DNA of 64,000 nucleotides from Pseudomonadota bacterium (GTDB taxonomy: Bacteria; Pseudomonadota; Alphaproteobacteria; Sphingomonadales; Sphingomonadaceae). This document shows, piece after piece, positions 46,448-55,121 of this stretch. A program made the position numbers and the translations under genes. The notes under the pieces are model-generated. The model was not told the DNA's origin, did not search any database, and saw nothing but the letters and a program-made list of their open reading frames with translations. How positions within the stretch are numbered: the stretch's first letter is position 1; every line of letters begins with the position of its first letter. The stretch covers positions 72,058 to 136,057 of the forward strand of contig JAFAFE010000005.1 in the NCBI GenBank assembly GCA_023423655.1. Direction: 5' to 3'.

Positions 46448-47660
46448 TGATCGTCGCGGTGCCCATCCCGCCGCCGGTGCACATTGAGACCAGCGCAGTG
46501 GACTTGTTTTGCCGCTCGAGTTCGTCGAGCACGGTCATGATCAGCATCGGGCCGGTCGCGCCGATCGGATGACCGAGCGCGATCGCGCCGCCGTTGGGAT
46601 TAACCGTTGCAGGGTCGACTTCCATCTCGCGGAGGAATTTCAGTACCACCGACGCGAACGCCTCGTTGACCTCCCACAGATCGATATCCGAAGCCGCCAT
46701 CCCCGCCTTTTCGAGGCATTTGCGCGCCGACGGCGCGGGCGCGGTCAGCATGATCACTGGGTCGTCGCCGGCGACCGCCGTCTGGACGATACGCGCGCGT
46801 GGCTTCAGCCCATGCACCTTCGCATAGTCAGGCGAGGCGATCAGGATCGCGCTCGCGCCATCCACGATACCTGAGGAATTGCCACCATGATGTACATGGT
46901 TGATCGGACCGTCGAGGCCATAGCGCGCCCGCGCAATCTCGTCCCAGCTGCGCTCGGCGCCCTTTGGCCCCTTAGCTCCCAGCTCGGTGAAGGAAGGCGT
47001 CAGAGCCGCGAGGCTTTCAAGCGTGGTGCCCGGCCGGGCATGCTCGTCATGGTCGAGCGCAGTTGAGCCATCCTCGTTGGTGACCGGAATGATGGATTTC
47101 TCGAAACGGCCCTCCGCCTTGGCTATTGCCGCGCGGCGTTGGCTCTCGACCGCATAAGCGTCGCAGTCGCCGCGCGAAAATCCTTCGATCGTCGCGATCA
47201 GATCGGCGGACAATCCCTGGTTGATCAACGGATACTGCGCAAAGAGGTGGGCGTTGCCCGCGTGCATTCCCTGCGTCGAAAGCGATATATAATGCGACAT
47301 GAATTCGACGCCCCCGCCGATGACCGCCTGCTGCTGACCCGACATAACCGCCATCGCGGCAAAGCTCACCGCTTGCTGGCCGCTACCGCAGTAGCGGTGA
47401 AGCGTTACGCCGGTAGCTGAAACCGGCCAGCCCGCATCGAGCGCGGCGAGACGCGCGATGTCGTGCGCATGGTCGCCATTGCCGACCGAACAGCCGGCGA
47501 CGACGTCTTCGATATCGGCCGGATCGAAACCGACCTTCTTTTGAAGGCCTGCGAGAATCTGGGCGAAGCACCGTTGCGGGTGAATATGGGCGAGTCCGCC
47601 CCCCGGCTTTCCGCGGCCCCGCGGCGAGCGCGCCCCATCGATGATCCAAGCTTCGTGCAT
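46434..47660 (-). CDS. Acetyl-CoA C-acyltransferase (thiolase II)
   Basis: ORF 46434..47711; ATG 47660. Motifs: RYCGSGQQAV (active Cys), NPNGGAIALGHPIGATG, CTGGGMG. Confidence 0.9.
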   Translation of the reverse strand: MHEAWIIDGARSPRGRGKPGGGLAHIHPQRCFAQILAGLQKKVGFDPADIEDVVAGCSVGNGDHAHDIARLAALDAGWPVSATGVTLHRYCGSGQQAVSFAAMAVMSGQQQAVIGGGVEFMSHYISLSTQGMHAGNAHLFAQYPLINQGLSADLIATIEGFSRGDCDAYAVESQRRAAIAKAEGRFEKSIIPVTNEDGSTALDHDEHARPGTTLESLAALTPSFTELGAKGPKGAERSWDEIARARYGLDGPINHVHHGGNSSGIVDGASAILIASPDYAKVHGLKPRARIVQTAVAGDDPVIMLTAPAPSARKCLEKAGMAASDIDLWEVNEAFASVVLKFLREMEVDPATVNPNGGAIALGHPIGATGPMLIMTVLDELERQNKSTALVSMCTGGGMGTATIIERI

Positions 47661-47715
47661 CCTGTCTTGCTCTCCCCTGCCGGGTGCCCATCCAGGCACC
47701 GACTCGCTCAATAAT

Positions 47716-47744
47716 TTATGTTGTCATATGGTATGGTTCCATAA
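47716..47744. promoter_or_regulatory. Candidate operator: two adjacent TTATG-N4-CATA(A) palindromes in the divergent promoter region
   Basis: TTATGttgtCATAtggTATGgttcCATAA sits in an AT-rich island between the divergent starts at 47660 and 47816. Confidence 0.45.
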
Positions 47745-47815
47745 TATACAAGACACAATCAACAAGCCGATGAGCGGATATCTTCCGCAAGAGCAGGCAA
47801 AGCAGGGAGTTTCAG

Positions 47816-48916
47816 GTGAAATTTGGCTTTTCAGAGGAGCAGAATCTACTGCGCGAGCATGTGCGTCGCTATGTCGGCGATCAATTTTCGTCGGAATCGG
47901 TGCGGCGTCTTTCGGGCGATCGCGACTCGCTCCGCGCAGCTTGGCTCGGCTTTTGCGACTTGGGCTGCCTCGGCTCGGCGGTTGCCGAAGCCGATGGCGG
48001 CCTGGGCCTGGGCTGGGTCGATCTCGTGATCATTCTCGAGGAGGTTGGCCGCGCGCTCTGTCCGCTCCCGATCGTGTCGCAGCTGGTTTCGATCGCGGCC
48101 ATCGCCGAGTTTGGTACGCCGGACATCAAGGCGCGCTGGCTGCAGTCGTTGATCGACGGATCGAACGTCATGGTCCCCGCCCTTTCGGGTAGCCCGCATC
48201 GCAGTGATGATCCGGCGGCTGACATTTGCTCGGTCGAAGAAGAGGACTCTTTCGCCCTATCGGGCACGATGAATTTTGTGGGCGACCTTGATCTCGCCGA
48301 CCTGTTCCTCGTCGCTTCCATAGATGCCGCTGGTGCGCCGCGGCTCGCCATAGTGGCAGCCGGCGAGACTGACTTCGCATGCCAGCCGACTTACGATCTC
48401 ACTAAGCCGATCGGAACGCTTCGGCTGGACGCCGTCTCGGTCGCACGCGAGGATACGATCCCCGTCACAGCCGAACAGTTGCAGAAGATCCTCGACTATG
48501 GCGCGCTGTGCGTCACGGCCGAAGCGGTGGGCGCGGCCGAGGCAGCGCTGCAACTGACGGCGGATTACGCTCGGCAGCGCTTCCAGTTCGGTTCGCCGAT
48601 CGGCCGCTTTCAGGGGGTAAAGCATCCGCTCGCGGATATGTATGTCGATCTCGAATCGATGAAATCGTTAACGCAGTGGGCGTCCCTTACGGCCGATGGC
48701 GACCCCGCGACTTTCCCGAAGGCGGTATCGCTCGCAAAAGCGCTCGCATCCGATGCATTCAACTCGCTTACAATAGAGTGCGTCAACCTCCACGGCGCGA
48801 TGGGCTTCACCGAGGAATATGACATCCAGCTGTTTCTCAAGCGCGCGAAGTGGTTCCGCCCGGCGTTTGGGGACGCCGCTTATCATTATGTCCGCAGCGC
48901 ACGAATGGACGCTTGA
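47816..48916 (+). CDS. Acyl-CoA dehydrogenase family protein, beta-type (no canonical C-terminal EGT catalytic motif)
   Basis: GTG 47816. ACAD fold with the N-terminus FGFSEEQNLLREHVRRYV. The C-terminal region LHGAMGFTEEYDIQLFLKRAKW lacks E-G-T. Confidence 0.8.
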   Translation: MKFGFSEEQNLLREHVRRYVGDQFSSESVRRLSGDRDSLRAAWLGFCDLGCLGSAVAEADGGLGLGWVDLVIILEEVGRALCPLPIVSQLVSIAAIAEFGTPDIKARWLQSLIDGSNVMVPALSGSPHRSDDPAADICSVEEEDSFALSGTMNFVGDLDLADLFLVASIDAAGAPRLAIVAAGETDFACQPTYDLTKPIGTLRLDAVSVAREDTIPVTAEQLQKILDYGALCVTAEAVGAAEAALQLTADYARQRFQFGSPIGRFQGVKHPLADMYVDLESMKSLTQWASLTADGDPATFPKAVSLAKALASDAFNSLTIECVNLHGAMGFTEEYDIQLFLKRAKWFRPAFGDAAYHYVRSARMDA

Positions 48917-48918
48917 CC

Positions 48919-50079
48919 ATGGAATTCGATCTTAACGACAAGGAACGCGCGTTCCAGGCCGAAGTGCGCAGCTTCGTTGCCAAGAACCTCCCTCCGCCCC
49001 GCGAACGTGGCCAGGATTTCCTAAGTCAGTGGCTGACGAAAGTTCGCGCGAAGAGGTGGGTCGGCTTTTCCTGGCCGCGCGAGTTCGGCGGCGGCGGCGG
49101 CACGCTCGTTGAGCAACTCGTGCTCAAGCATGAAATGGCGCTCGCCGACGCGCCGCCACTAGGAATATCGCACATGGGACTCGCGTGGGTCGGGCCCGCC
49201 ATCATCGCGTATGGCACCGAAGAGCAGCAGCAGCGCTTTCTTCCCGACATTCTCGATTCGAAGACCCTCTGGTGCACAGGCTATTCGGAGCCTGGCGCGG
49301 GAAGCGATCTTGCAAGCATCAAGACGCAGGCGGTGCTTGAAGGCGATCATTATGTGGTGAATGGCCAGAAGACATGGACGTCACTCGCACCTTGGGCGGA
49401 CTGGATCATCCTCCTCGTACGCACCAGCCAGCATGCCGGCGACCGGCATGAGGGTATCACCGCGCTGCTGCTTCCGCTCGATACGCCTGGCCTGACCATC
49501 CGCGCGATCCGGAACACCGTCGGCGACGAACATTTCGCCGAGATCTTTCTCGACGACGTCAAAGTGCCCGTTGCCAACCGCCTTGGCGAGGAAGGCAAGG
49601 GCTGGAATGTCACCATCTCCGCGCTCGCGAACGAACGCAGCAGCATCGGCGAAGTGACCGCGCTCGAGAAGCGGCTGAAATCCATCCGCTCGCTTCTAGC
49701 AGGAACCGAACGGGGCGGCGTGGCAACGCTCGCCGACCCCAACATCCTGCGCCGGCTAGGCGAATTCGAAGCGTGGATCGCCGCGATGAAATATAACGGC
49801 ATGCGCTATCTGACGCACCAGCTCGAAGGTCGGCCCGTGTCGAGCGAGACATCGGTCAACAAGCTCATTCGCTCCGACCTCGAGCTCGATATGGTGGATT
49901 TCGTTCTCGAATATTTCGGGATGGCCGCCCTCGAAGCCCGCGGCGGCGTGAATGCGGTCGACAAGGGTAAATGGACCCGGCTCGGGCTCAACTTCCCCTA
50001 TGTGACCGTCGGCGGCGGCACCCACAATATTCAGCGCAACATCATCGCCGAGCGGATTCTCGGCCTGCCGAAGGATTGA
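48919..50079 (+). CDS. Acyl-CoA dehydrogenase, alpha-type partner (FadE26/ChsE4-like architecture)
   Basis: ATG 48919 lies 2 nt after the preceding stop. Motifs: YSEPGAGSDLAS and GGGTHNIQRNIIAERILGLPK. Confidence 0.85.
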   Translation: MEFDLNDKERAFQAEVRSFVAKNLPPPRERGQDFLSQWLTKVRAKRWVGFSWPREFGGGGGTLVEQLVLKHEMALADAPPLGISHMGLAWVGPAIIAYGTEEQQQRFLPDILDSKTLWCTGYSEPGAGSDLASIKTQAVLEGDHYVVNGQKTWTSLAPWADWIILLVRTSQHAGDRHEGITALLLPLDTPGLTIRAIRNTVGDEHFAEIFLDDVKVPVANRLGEEGKGWNVTISALANERSSIGEVTALEKRLKSIRSLLAGTERGGVATLADPNILRRLGEFEAWIAAMKYNGMRYLTHQLEGRPVSSETSVNKLIRSDLELDMVDFVLEYFGMAALEARGGVNAVDKGKWTRLGLNFPYVTVGGGTHNIQRNIIAERILGLPKD

Positions 50080-50131
50080 CCCCTCCGGATAGCCCAACCA
50101 CCGAATATATAATATTGACGTGTTTCATATA

Positions 50132-50144
50132 TTATGGTAACATA
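50132..50144. promoter_or_regulatory. Third copy of the TTATG-N4-CATA motif, upstream of the CitE-like operon
   Basis: TTATGgtaaCATA sits within the AT-rich island 50105-50160. Confidence 0.4.
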
Positions 50145-50171
50145 CAATTATATTAGAACAGAAGGACGGGG

Positions 50172-51005
50172 ATGAGCGTGGCAAAAGCCTTCAGATGTCT
50201 GCTTTTCGTGCCGGGAGAGCGCCCCGAGCGATTCGCCAAGGCGCTCGCAGCCGGGCCGGACATGATCTGCATCGACTTAGAAGATGCGGTGCTGTTCGAC
50301 AACAAGCGGCAAGCCCGCAAGGATATGCTGGCCTTTCTCGCGGCGGCCGACACCGATCTGTCGCGCGTCGCGGTACGGATCAATCCGGTTACCAGCGAAT
50401 TGGGTGACGAGGATCTCGCCGCCCTCGTCGCGGCGCGGCGGCGGCCCGCGATGGTGATGCTGCCGAAGATCAAGCACTCCGACGATGCGCTGATGGTCGC
50501 CGAAGCACTCGGCGAGCAGGTGTCGCTGATCGGACTCGTCGAATGCCCCGAAGCGCTTCTGAATGTCGATGAGATTGCCGACGGCGGCGGTGATGCCCTC
50601 ACCCACATCATGTTCGGGGGCGCCGATTTTTCGGTCGAGCTCGGCGCCGACATGGGCTGGGACAGCCTCCTATATGCGCGCGGGCACCTCGCCACGGTCG
50701 CCGCGAAACATGGCAAGGGCCTGATAGACGTGCCCTATCTCGGTGTCGGCGACCCCGCCGGGCTCGAGGACGAGACGCGGCGGGTGAAGGGGATGGGTTT
50801 CTCGGCTAAGGCCGCGATCCATCCCGCACAGGTGCCCAGCATCCAATCGGTCTTCGCTTCCACCGCGGACGAGATCGAACGTGCCCGCAAGATCATTGAC
50901 GCGTTCGAGCAGGCCGGGACGACCGGCGCGCTGCTCGTCGATGGCCGGCTCGTCGACAAGCCGGTCATCACGGCGGCGAAGAAAATTCTGGGTACCGCAG
51001 CCTGA
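50172..51005 (+). CDS. HpcH/HpaI aldolase / citrate-lyase beta-subunit-like acyl-CoA lyase (CitE family)
   Basis: CLLFVPGERPERFAKALAAGPDMICIDLEDAV and GFSAKAAIHPAQV. Confidence 0.85.
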   Translation: MSVAKAFRCLLFVPGERPERFAKALAAGPDMICIDLEDAVLFDNKRQARKDMLAFLAAADTDLSRVAVRINPVTSELGDEDLAALVAARRRPAMVMLPKIKHSDDALMVAEALGEQVSLIGLVECPEALLNVDEIADGGGDALTHIMFGGADFSVELGADMGWDSLLYARGHLATVAAKHGKGLIDVPYLGVGDPAGLEDETRRVKGMGFSAKAAIHPAQVPSIQSVFASTADEIERARKIIDAFEQAGTTGALLVDGRLVDKPVITAAKKILGTAA

Positions 51006-51035
51006 GCGAAGCCCCAACATCTAAAGGAGCATGAC

Positions 51036-51554
51036 ATGCCGCAATTTGTGAAGGTCCTCGGGCCCAACCATTATCGCGAGAGCTTCGGGCGCAGCTTCGA
51101 GGATTTCGAGGTCGGCGACATTTATGAGCACCGGCCCGGGCGCACGATCACCGAAACCGACAACACCTGGTTCACGCTGCTGACGATGAACACCCATCCG
51201 ATGCACTTCGACAAGGAATATGCGAAGGCCTCCGAATTCGGCCGGTGCATCATCTGCAGCCCGTTCACCGTGGCGCTGATGGTGGGCATGAGCGTCACCG
51301 ACGTCAGCCAGCGCGCCGTCGCCAATCTCGGCTGGGACGAGATCAAGATGACCTATCCTCTGTTCGTCGGCGACACGCTCTACGCGACGTCCGAGGTCAT
51401 CGCCAAGCGCGAGTCAGGATCGCGGCCCGAGCAGGGCATCGTGACCGTCGTGACCCGGGGCTATAATCAGGACAAGAAGGAGGTTTGCTCCTTCACCCGC
51501 AAGATGCTGATCTGGCGGAGCGGTTGCGGCTTCGACGACGAGGTCAACTACTGA
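51036..51554 (+). CDS. MaoC-family (R)-specific enoyl-CoA hydratase, single hotdog
   Basis: 172 aa with FEDFEVGDIYEHRPGRTITETDNTWFTLLTMNTHPMHFD. Confidence 0.85.
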   Translation: MPQFVKVLGPNHYRESFGRSFEDFEVGDIYEHRPGRTITETDNTWFTLLTMNTHPMHFDKEYAKASEFGRCIICSPFTVALMVGMSVTDVSQRAVANLGWDEIKMTYPLFVGDTLYATSEVIAKRESGSRPEQGIVTVVTRGYNQDKKEVCSFTRKMLIWRSGCGFDDEVNY

Positions 51555-52717
51555 TGGCCTCCGACATCAATTCCGAGATTCTGGACGCCGTCGAGAAATG
51601 GGTGCGCAACGAAGTGGCGCCCATCGCGCAGCAGCATGACAACGCCGACACCTATCCGCATGCGCTCGTCGAGCAGATGAAGGAGATGGGGCTGTTCGGC
51701 GCGATCATTCCGGAAGCCTATGGCGGGCTGGGACTATCGGCTGACGCCTACACCCGCATCGTCTGGACGGTCGCCTCGGCCTGGATGGCGCCAAGCGGAA
51801 TCTTCAACTCGCACCTCATCATGGGATCGGCGATACAGCGGTGCGGCACCGAAGCGCAGCGCGAACGCTTCCTGCCGAAAATGGCGACCGGCGAACGGCG
51901 CGGCGGTCTCGGTCTCACCGAGCCCGGCGCCGGGACCGACCTTCAGGGTGTGCGCACCGCCGCGAAGCGAGTCGGGGACACCTATGTCCTCAACGGCACC
52001 AAGACCTGGATCACCAATGCGCTCAATGGGCACATGCTGCTGGTGCTCGTGAAGACCGATCCCGATGCCGTTCCGGCCCACAAGGGGCTGTCGATGTTCA
52101 TCGTCGAGACCAAGGACGAGACGGGCCAACCGCTCAAGGGCGTTTCGATCAGCAAGCTCAAGAAGATGGGCTACCGCGCGATCGACACCTGCGAGGTCGT
52201 GTTCGACGATTTCGTAGTCCCTGCCGAAAATCTGCTCGGCGGGGTCGAGGGACAGGGCTTCGTCCAAGCGGCCAAGGGACTCGAGATCGGTCGCCTCAAC
52301 GTCGCCGCACGCGGCGGCGGGATCGCCGATGGCGCGCTGCAACGGGCGCTGCGTTATTCGCAGGAACGGCAGACCTTCGGCACCGCGATCTGCAACCACC
52401 AGTCGATCCAGATCAAGCTCGCCGAAATGGCGACGCGCGTTGAGGCTTCAAAGCTGCTGCTCGCGAGTGCGGCCGCCAAATATGACGCCGGAGAACGCTG
52501 CGACCTCGAAGCCGGGATGGCGAAGCTGTTCGCGACCGAGGCCGGCGCCTTTTGCGCGCAGGAAGGCATGCGGATTTTCGGCGGCTACAGCTACTCGGTC
52601 GAATATGAAATCGAGCGCCTCTACCGCGATTGCCTGATCATGTGCATCGGCGAGGGCACCAACGAGATGCAGCGTATCATCATCGCCAAGCGACTCGTCG
52701 AAAAGTATCCGGCTTGA
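51554..52717 (+). CDS. Acyl-CoA dehydrogenase (canonical homomeric type)
   Basis: ATG 51554 overlaps the preceding stop (TGATG). Motifs: LTEPGAGTDL and the catalytic region CIGEGTNEMQRIIIAKRL. Confidence 0.9.
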   Translation: MASDINSEILDAVEKWVRNEVAPIAQQHDNADTYPHALVEQMKEMGLFGAIIPEAYGGLGLSADAYTRIVWTVASAWMAPSGIFNSHLIMGSAIQRCGTEAQRERFLPKMATGERRGGLGLTEPGAGTDLQGVRTAAKRVGDTYVLNGTKTWITNALNGHMLLVLVKTDPDAVPAHKGLSMFIVETKDETGQPLKGVSISKLKKMGYRAIDTCEVVFDDFVVPAENLLGGVEGQGFVQAAKGLEIGRLNVAARGGGIADGALQRALRYSQERQTFGTAICNHQSIQIKLAEMATRVEASKLLLASAAAKYDAGERCDLEAGMAKLFATEAGAFCAQEGMRIFGGYSYSVEYEIERLYRDCLIMCIGEGTNEMQRIIIAKRLVEKYPA

Positions 52718-53973
52718 TGCGCGCCGGCGAAACCCGCGGCCCGCAACCCGCGCCGGCCTTGCCGCTGGCCGGGCTACGCGTGATCGCAATCGAGCAATAT
52801 GGCGCGGGTCCCTACGGCTCGATGTATCTCGCCGATCTCGGGGCCGAGGTCATCAAGATCGAAAACCCCGCGACATCGGGCGATGTCGCGCGCGCGACCG
52901 GTCCCTATCATCTCGGCGATACCGACAGCCTCTTCTTCCAGTTCTTCAACCAGAACAAGAGCAGCCTCGCGCTCGACATGAAGTCGGCCAAGGGCCGCGA
53001 GATTTTCGAGCGCCTCGTCCAAACCGCCGACGTCGTCCTCAACAATCTGCGCGGCGACCAGCCGACGAAGCTCGCGATCACTTACACGGACCTGAAGCAG
53101 ATCAATCCTCGGATCGTCTGCGCGCACCTCTCGGCCTATGGCCGAGGCAACGACCGTGAGACTTGGCCGGGCTATGACTATCTCATGCAGGCCGAGGCGG
53201 GGTTCCTCCACCTGACCGGCGAGCCCGACGGGCCGCCGACGCGCTTCGGCCTGTCGGTTGTCGACTTCTTGACCGGGCTCGTCGCGAGCGTCGGCATCCT
53301 CTCGTCGGTGTGGGGTGCCGCGCGCAGCGGGTTGGGCCGCGACGTCGATGTCAGCCTGTTCGACGTCGCGATGCATCAGCTGTCCTATCCCGGCATCTAC
53401 TATCTCAATGAAGAGGCCGTGACCAGCCGCGTCGAGCATTCGGGCCATCCGAGCGTCGTGCCGTGCCAGCTCTATCCAACCGCCGACGGCAGCATCTTCC
53501 TGATGATCATGTCGGGGCCCTTCTGGGAAAAAATGACCACACGGATCGGCGACGATCGCCTGTTCGACGACGAGAAATATGGAACGCTCGACCGGCGCCA
53601 GCGCAACAAGGCCGAGCTCAACGCTCTGCTCGACGCGATCTTCGCCGAGCGGCGCTCCGATGAGTGGGTGACGCTCCTCGGCGGCGCGGTGCCGATCGCC
53701 CCCGTGCATCGCCTCGACGCCGCGCTCGAAAATGCGTTCGTCCGCAACCGCGGCGGCGTCCAGACTTATCGGCATAGGGAAAAGGGCGAAATTGCAACGA
53801 TCAGCAATCCGATCCTGCTCGATGGCGAGCGGCTCGCTGCCACCGGCGCCCCGCAGCTCGGACGCGATACCGGCCGCCTGCTCGCGGAGCTCGGGCTTTC
53901 GCAGTCCGAAATCGCCCAGCTTCGCCGCGACGGCGTAGTGCTCGCGACAACGTCCGCCGGAGCGTCAGCATGA
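52717..53973 (+). CDS. Family III CoA-transferase (CaiB/BaiF)
   Basis: ATG 52717 overlaps the preceding stop. Motifs: LRVIAIEQYGAGPYGSMYLADLGAEVIKIE and NLRGDQPTKL. Confidence 0.85.
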   Translation: MRAGETRGPQPAPALPLAGLRVIAIEQYGAGPYGSMYLADLGAEVIKIENPATSGDVARATGPYHLGDTDSLFFQFFNQNKSSLALDMKSAKGREIFERLVQTADVVLNNLRGDQPTKLAITYTDLKQINPRIVCAHLSAYGRGNDRETWPGYDYLMQAEAGFLHLTGEPDGPPTRFGLSVVDFLTGLVASVGILSSVWGAARSGLGRDVDVSLFDVAMHQLSYPGIYYLNEEAVTSRVEHSGHPSVVPCQLYPTADGSIFLMIMSGPFWEKMTTRIGDDRLFDDEKYGTLDRRQRNKAELNALLDAIFAERRSDEWVTLLGGAVPIAPVHRLDAALENAFVRNRGGVQTYRHREKGEIATISNPILLDGERLAATGAPQLGRDTGRLLAELGLSQSEIAQLRRDGVVLATTSAGASA

Positions 53974-55115
53974 AACTCGATGGCGTGAAGGTGCTCGACC
54001 TGTCGCTTTTCCTTCCCGGGCCCCATCTGACGATGATGATGGCCGATCACGGCGCCGAGGTTATCGCGGTCGAGCCGCCGACGGGCGAGCCCAATCGCGA
54101 CATCGGCATCAAGGCGAATGGCGCGTCGGTCTGGTTCCGCAACACGCATCGCGGCAAGAAGTCTATCTGTCTCGATTTGAAGGTGGATGCCGACCGCGAG
54201 GCCTTTCTCGCGCTTTGCCGCTCCGCCGATGTGATCGTCGAGGCCTTTCGCCCGGGGGTCGTCGATCGGCTCGGCGTCGGCTACGAGGCGGTGCGCGCCG
54301 TCAATCCGGCGATCATCTATTGCTCGATCTCGGCCTACGGCCAAACGGGACCGAAGCGGCTCAAGCCCGCGCACGATCTCAGCGTCGAAGCGGATTCGGG
54401 CATCGTGTCGCTCAATCTCGGCCCCGACGGCACGCCGGCGATGCCGGGCATCCCCGCCGCGGACATGGCGTCCTCCCTCATGGCGTTCGGCGGCATATTG
54501 ATGGCGCTCTACCGCCGCACGCAAATGGGTGTGGGCGACTATATAGACATCGCGATGCAGGACAGCCTGATCGCTTGGCTTCCCAACGCCCTGGGACCTC
54601 TGTTCGGTGAAGGGCGGGCGCCGGACGTCGCCCAGGAACGCTCATGGGGCGGGTCGGCGATGTATCAAATCTACTGCACCGCCGACGACCGCTTCGTGAC
54701 GCTCGGCGGGAGCGAAGCCAAGTTTGCGCGCAACCTGCTCGAAGCGCTGGGCCGTCCGGATCTCATTCCGCCGGCGACACAGCCGCCCGGTCCCGCGCAC
54801 GATCCGGTAAAGGCCTTTCTGCGCTACACCTTCCGGACGCGAACGCAGGCCGAGTGGGACACATGGTTCGAGGGCCGCAATATCTGTTACGCGCCCGTCC
54901 GCAATCTCGCCGAGGCCTTCGCCGAGCCGCATCTCGCCGAGCGCGGCATGCTGTTGACCGACGACAGCGGCAACAAGCATCTCGGCATCCCGATCCGGTT
55001 CCGGAACGAGCCGGGCCGTGTCGATCCGCGGTTGCCGGATCTGGGCGAACATAATCGGGCGTGCCTCGACAGTGTGGCAGGCGCACGCGAAGTTCATCAG
55101 CAGGACAGGAGCTAA
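53970..55115 (+). CDS. Family III CoA-transferase (CaiB/BaiF)
   Basis: ATGA overlap with the preceding gene. Motifs: VKVLDLSLFLPGPHLTMMMADHGAEVIAVEPP and AFRPGVVDRLG. Confidence 0.85.
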   Translation: MKLDGVKVLDLSLFLPGPHLTMMMADHGAEVIAVEPPTGEPNRDIGIKANGASVWFRNTHRGKKSICLDLKVDADREAFLALCRSADVIVEAFRPGVVDRLGVGYEAVRAVNPAIIYCSISAYGQTGPKRLKPAHDLSVEADSGIVSLNLGPDGTPAMPGIPAADMASSLMAFGGILMALYRRTQMGVGDYIDIAMQDSLIAWLPNALGPLFGEGRAPDVAQERSWGGSAMYQIYCTADDRFVTLGGSEAKFARNLLEALGRPDLIPPATQPPGPAHDPVKAFLRYTFRTRTQAEWDTWFEGRNICYAPVRNLAEAFAEPHLAERGMLLTDDSGNKHLGIPIRFRNEPGRVDPRLPDLGEHNRACLDSVAGAREVHQQDRS

Positions 55116-55121
55116 GAGCAG

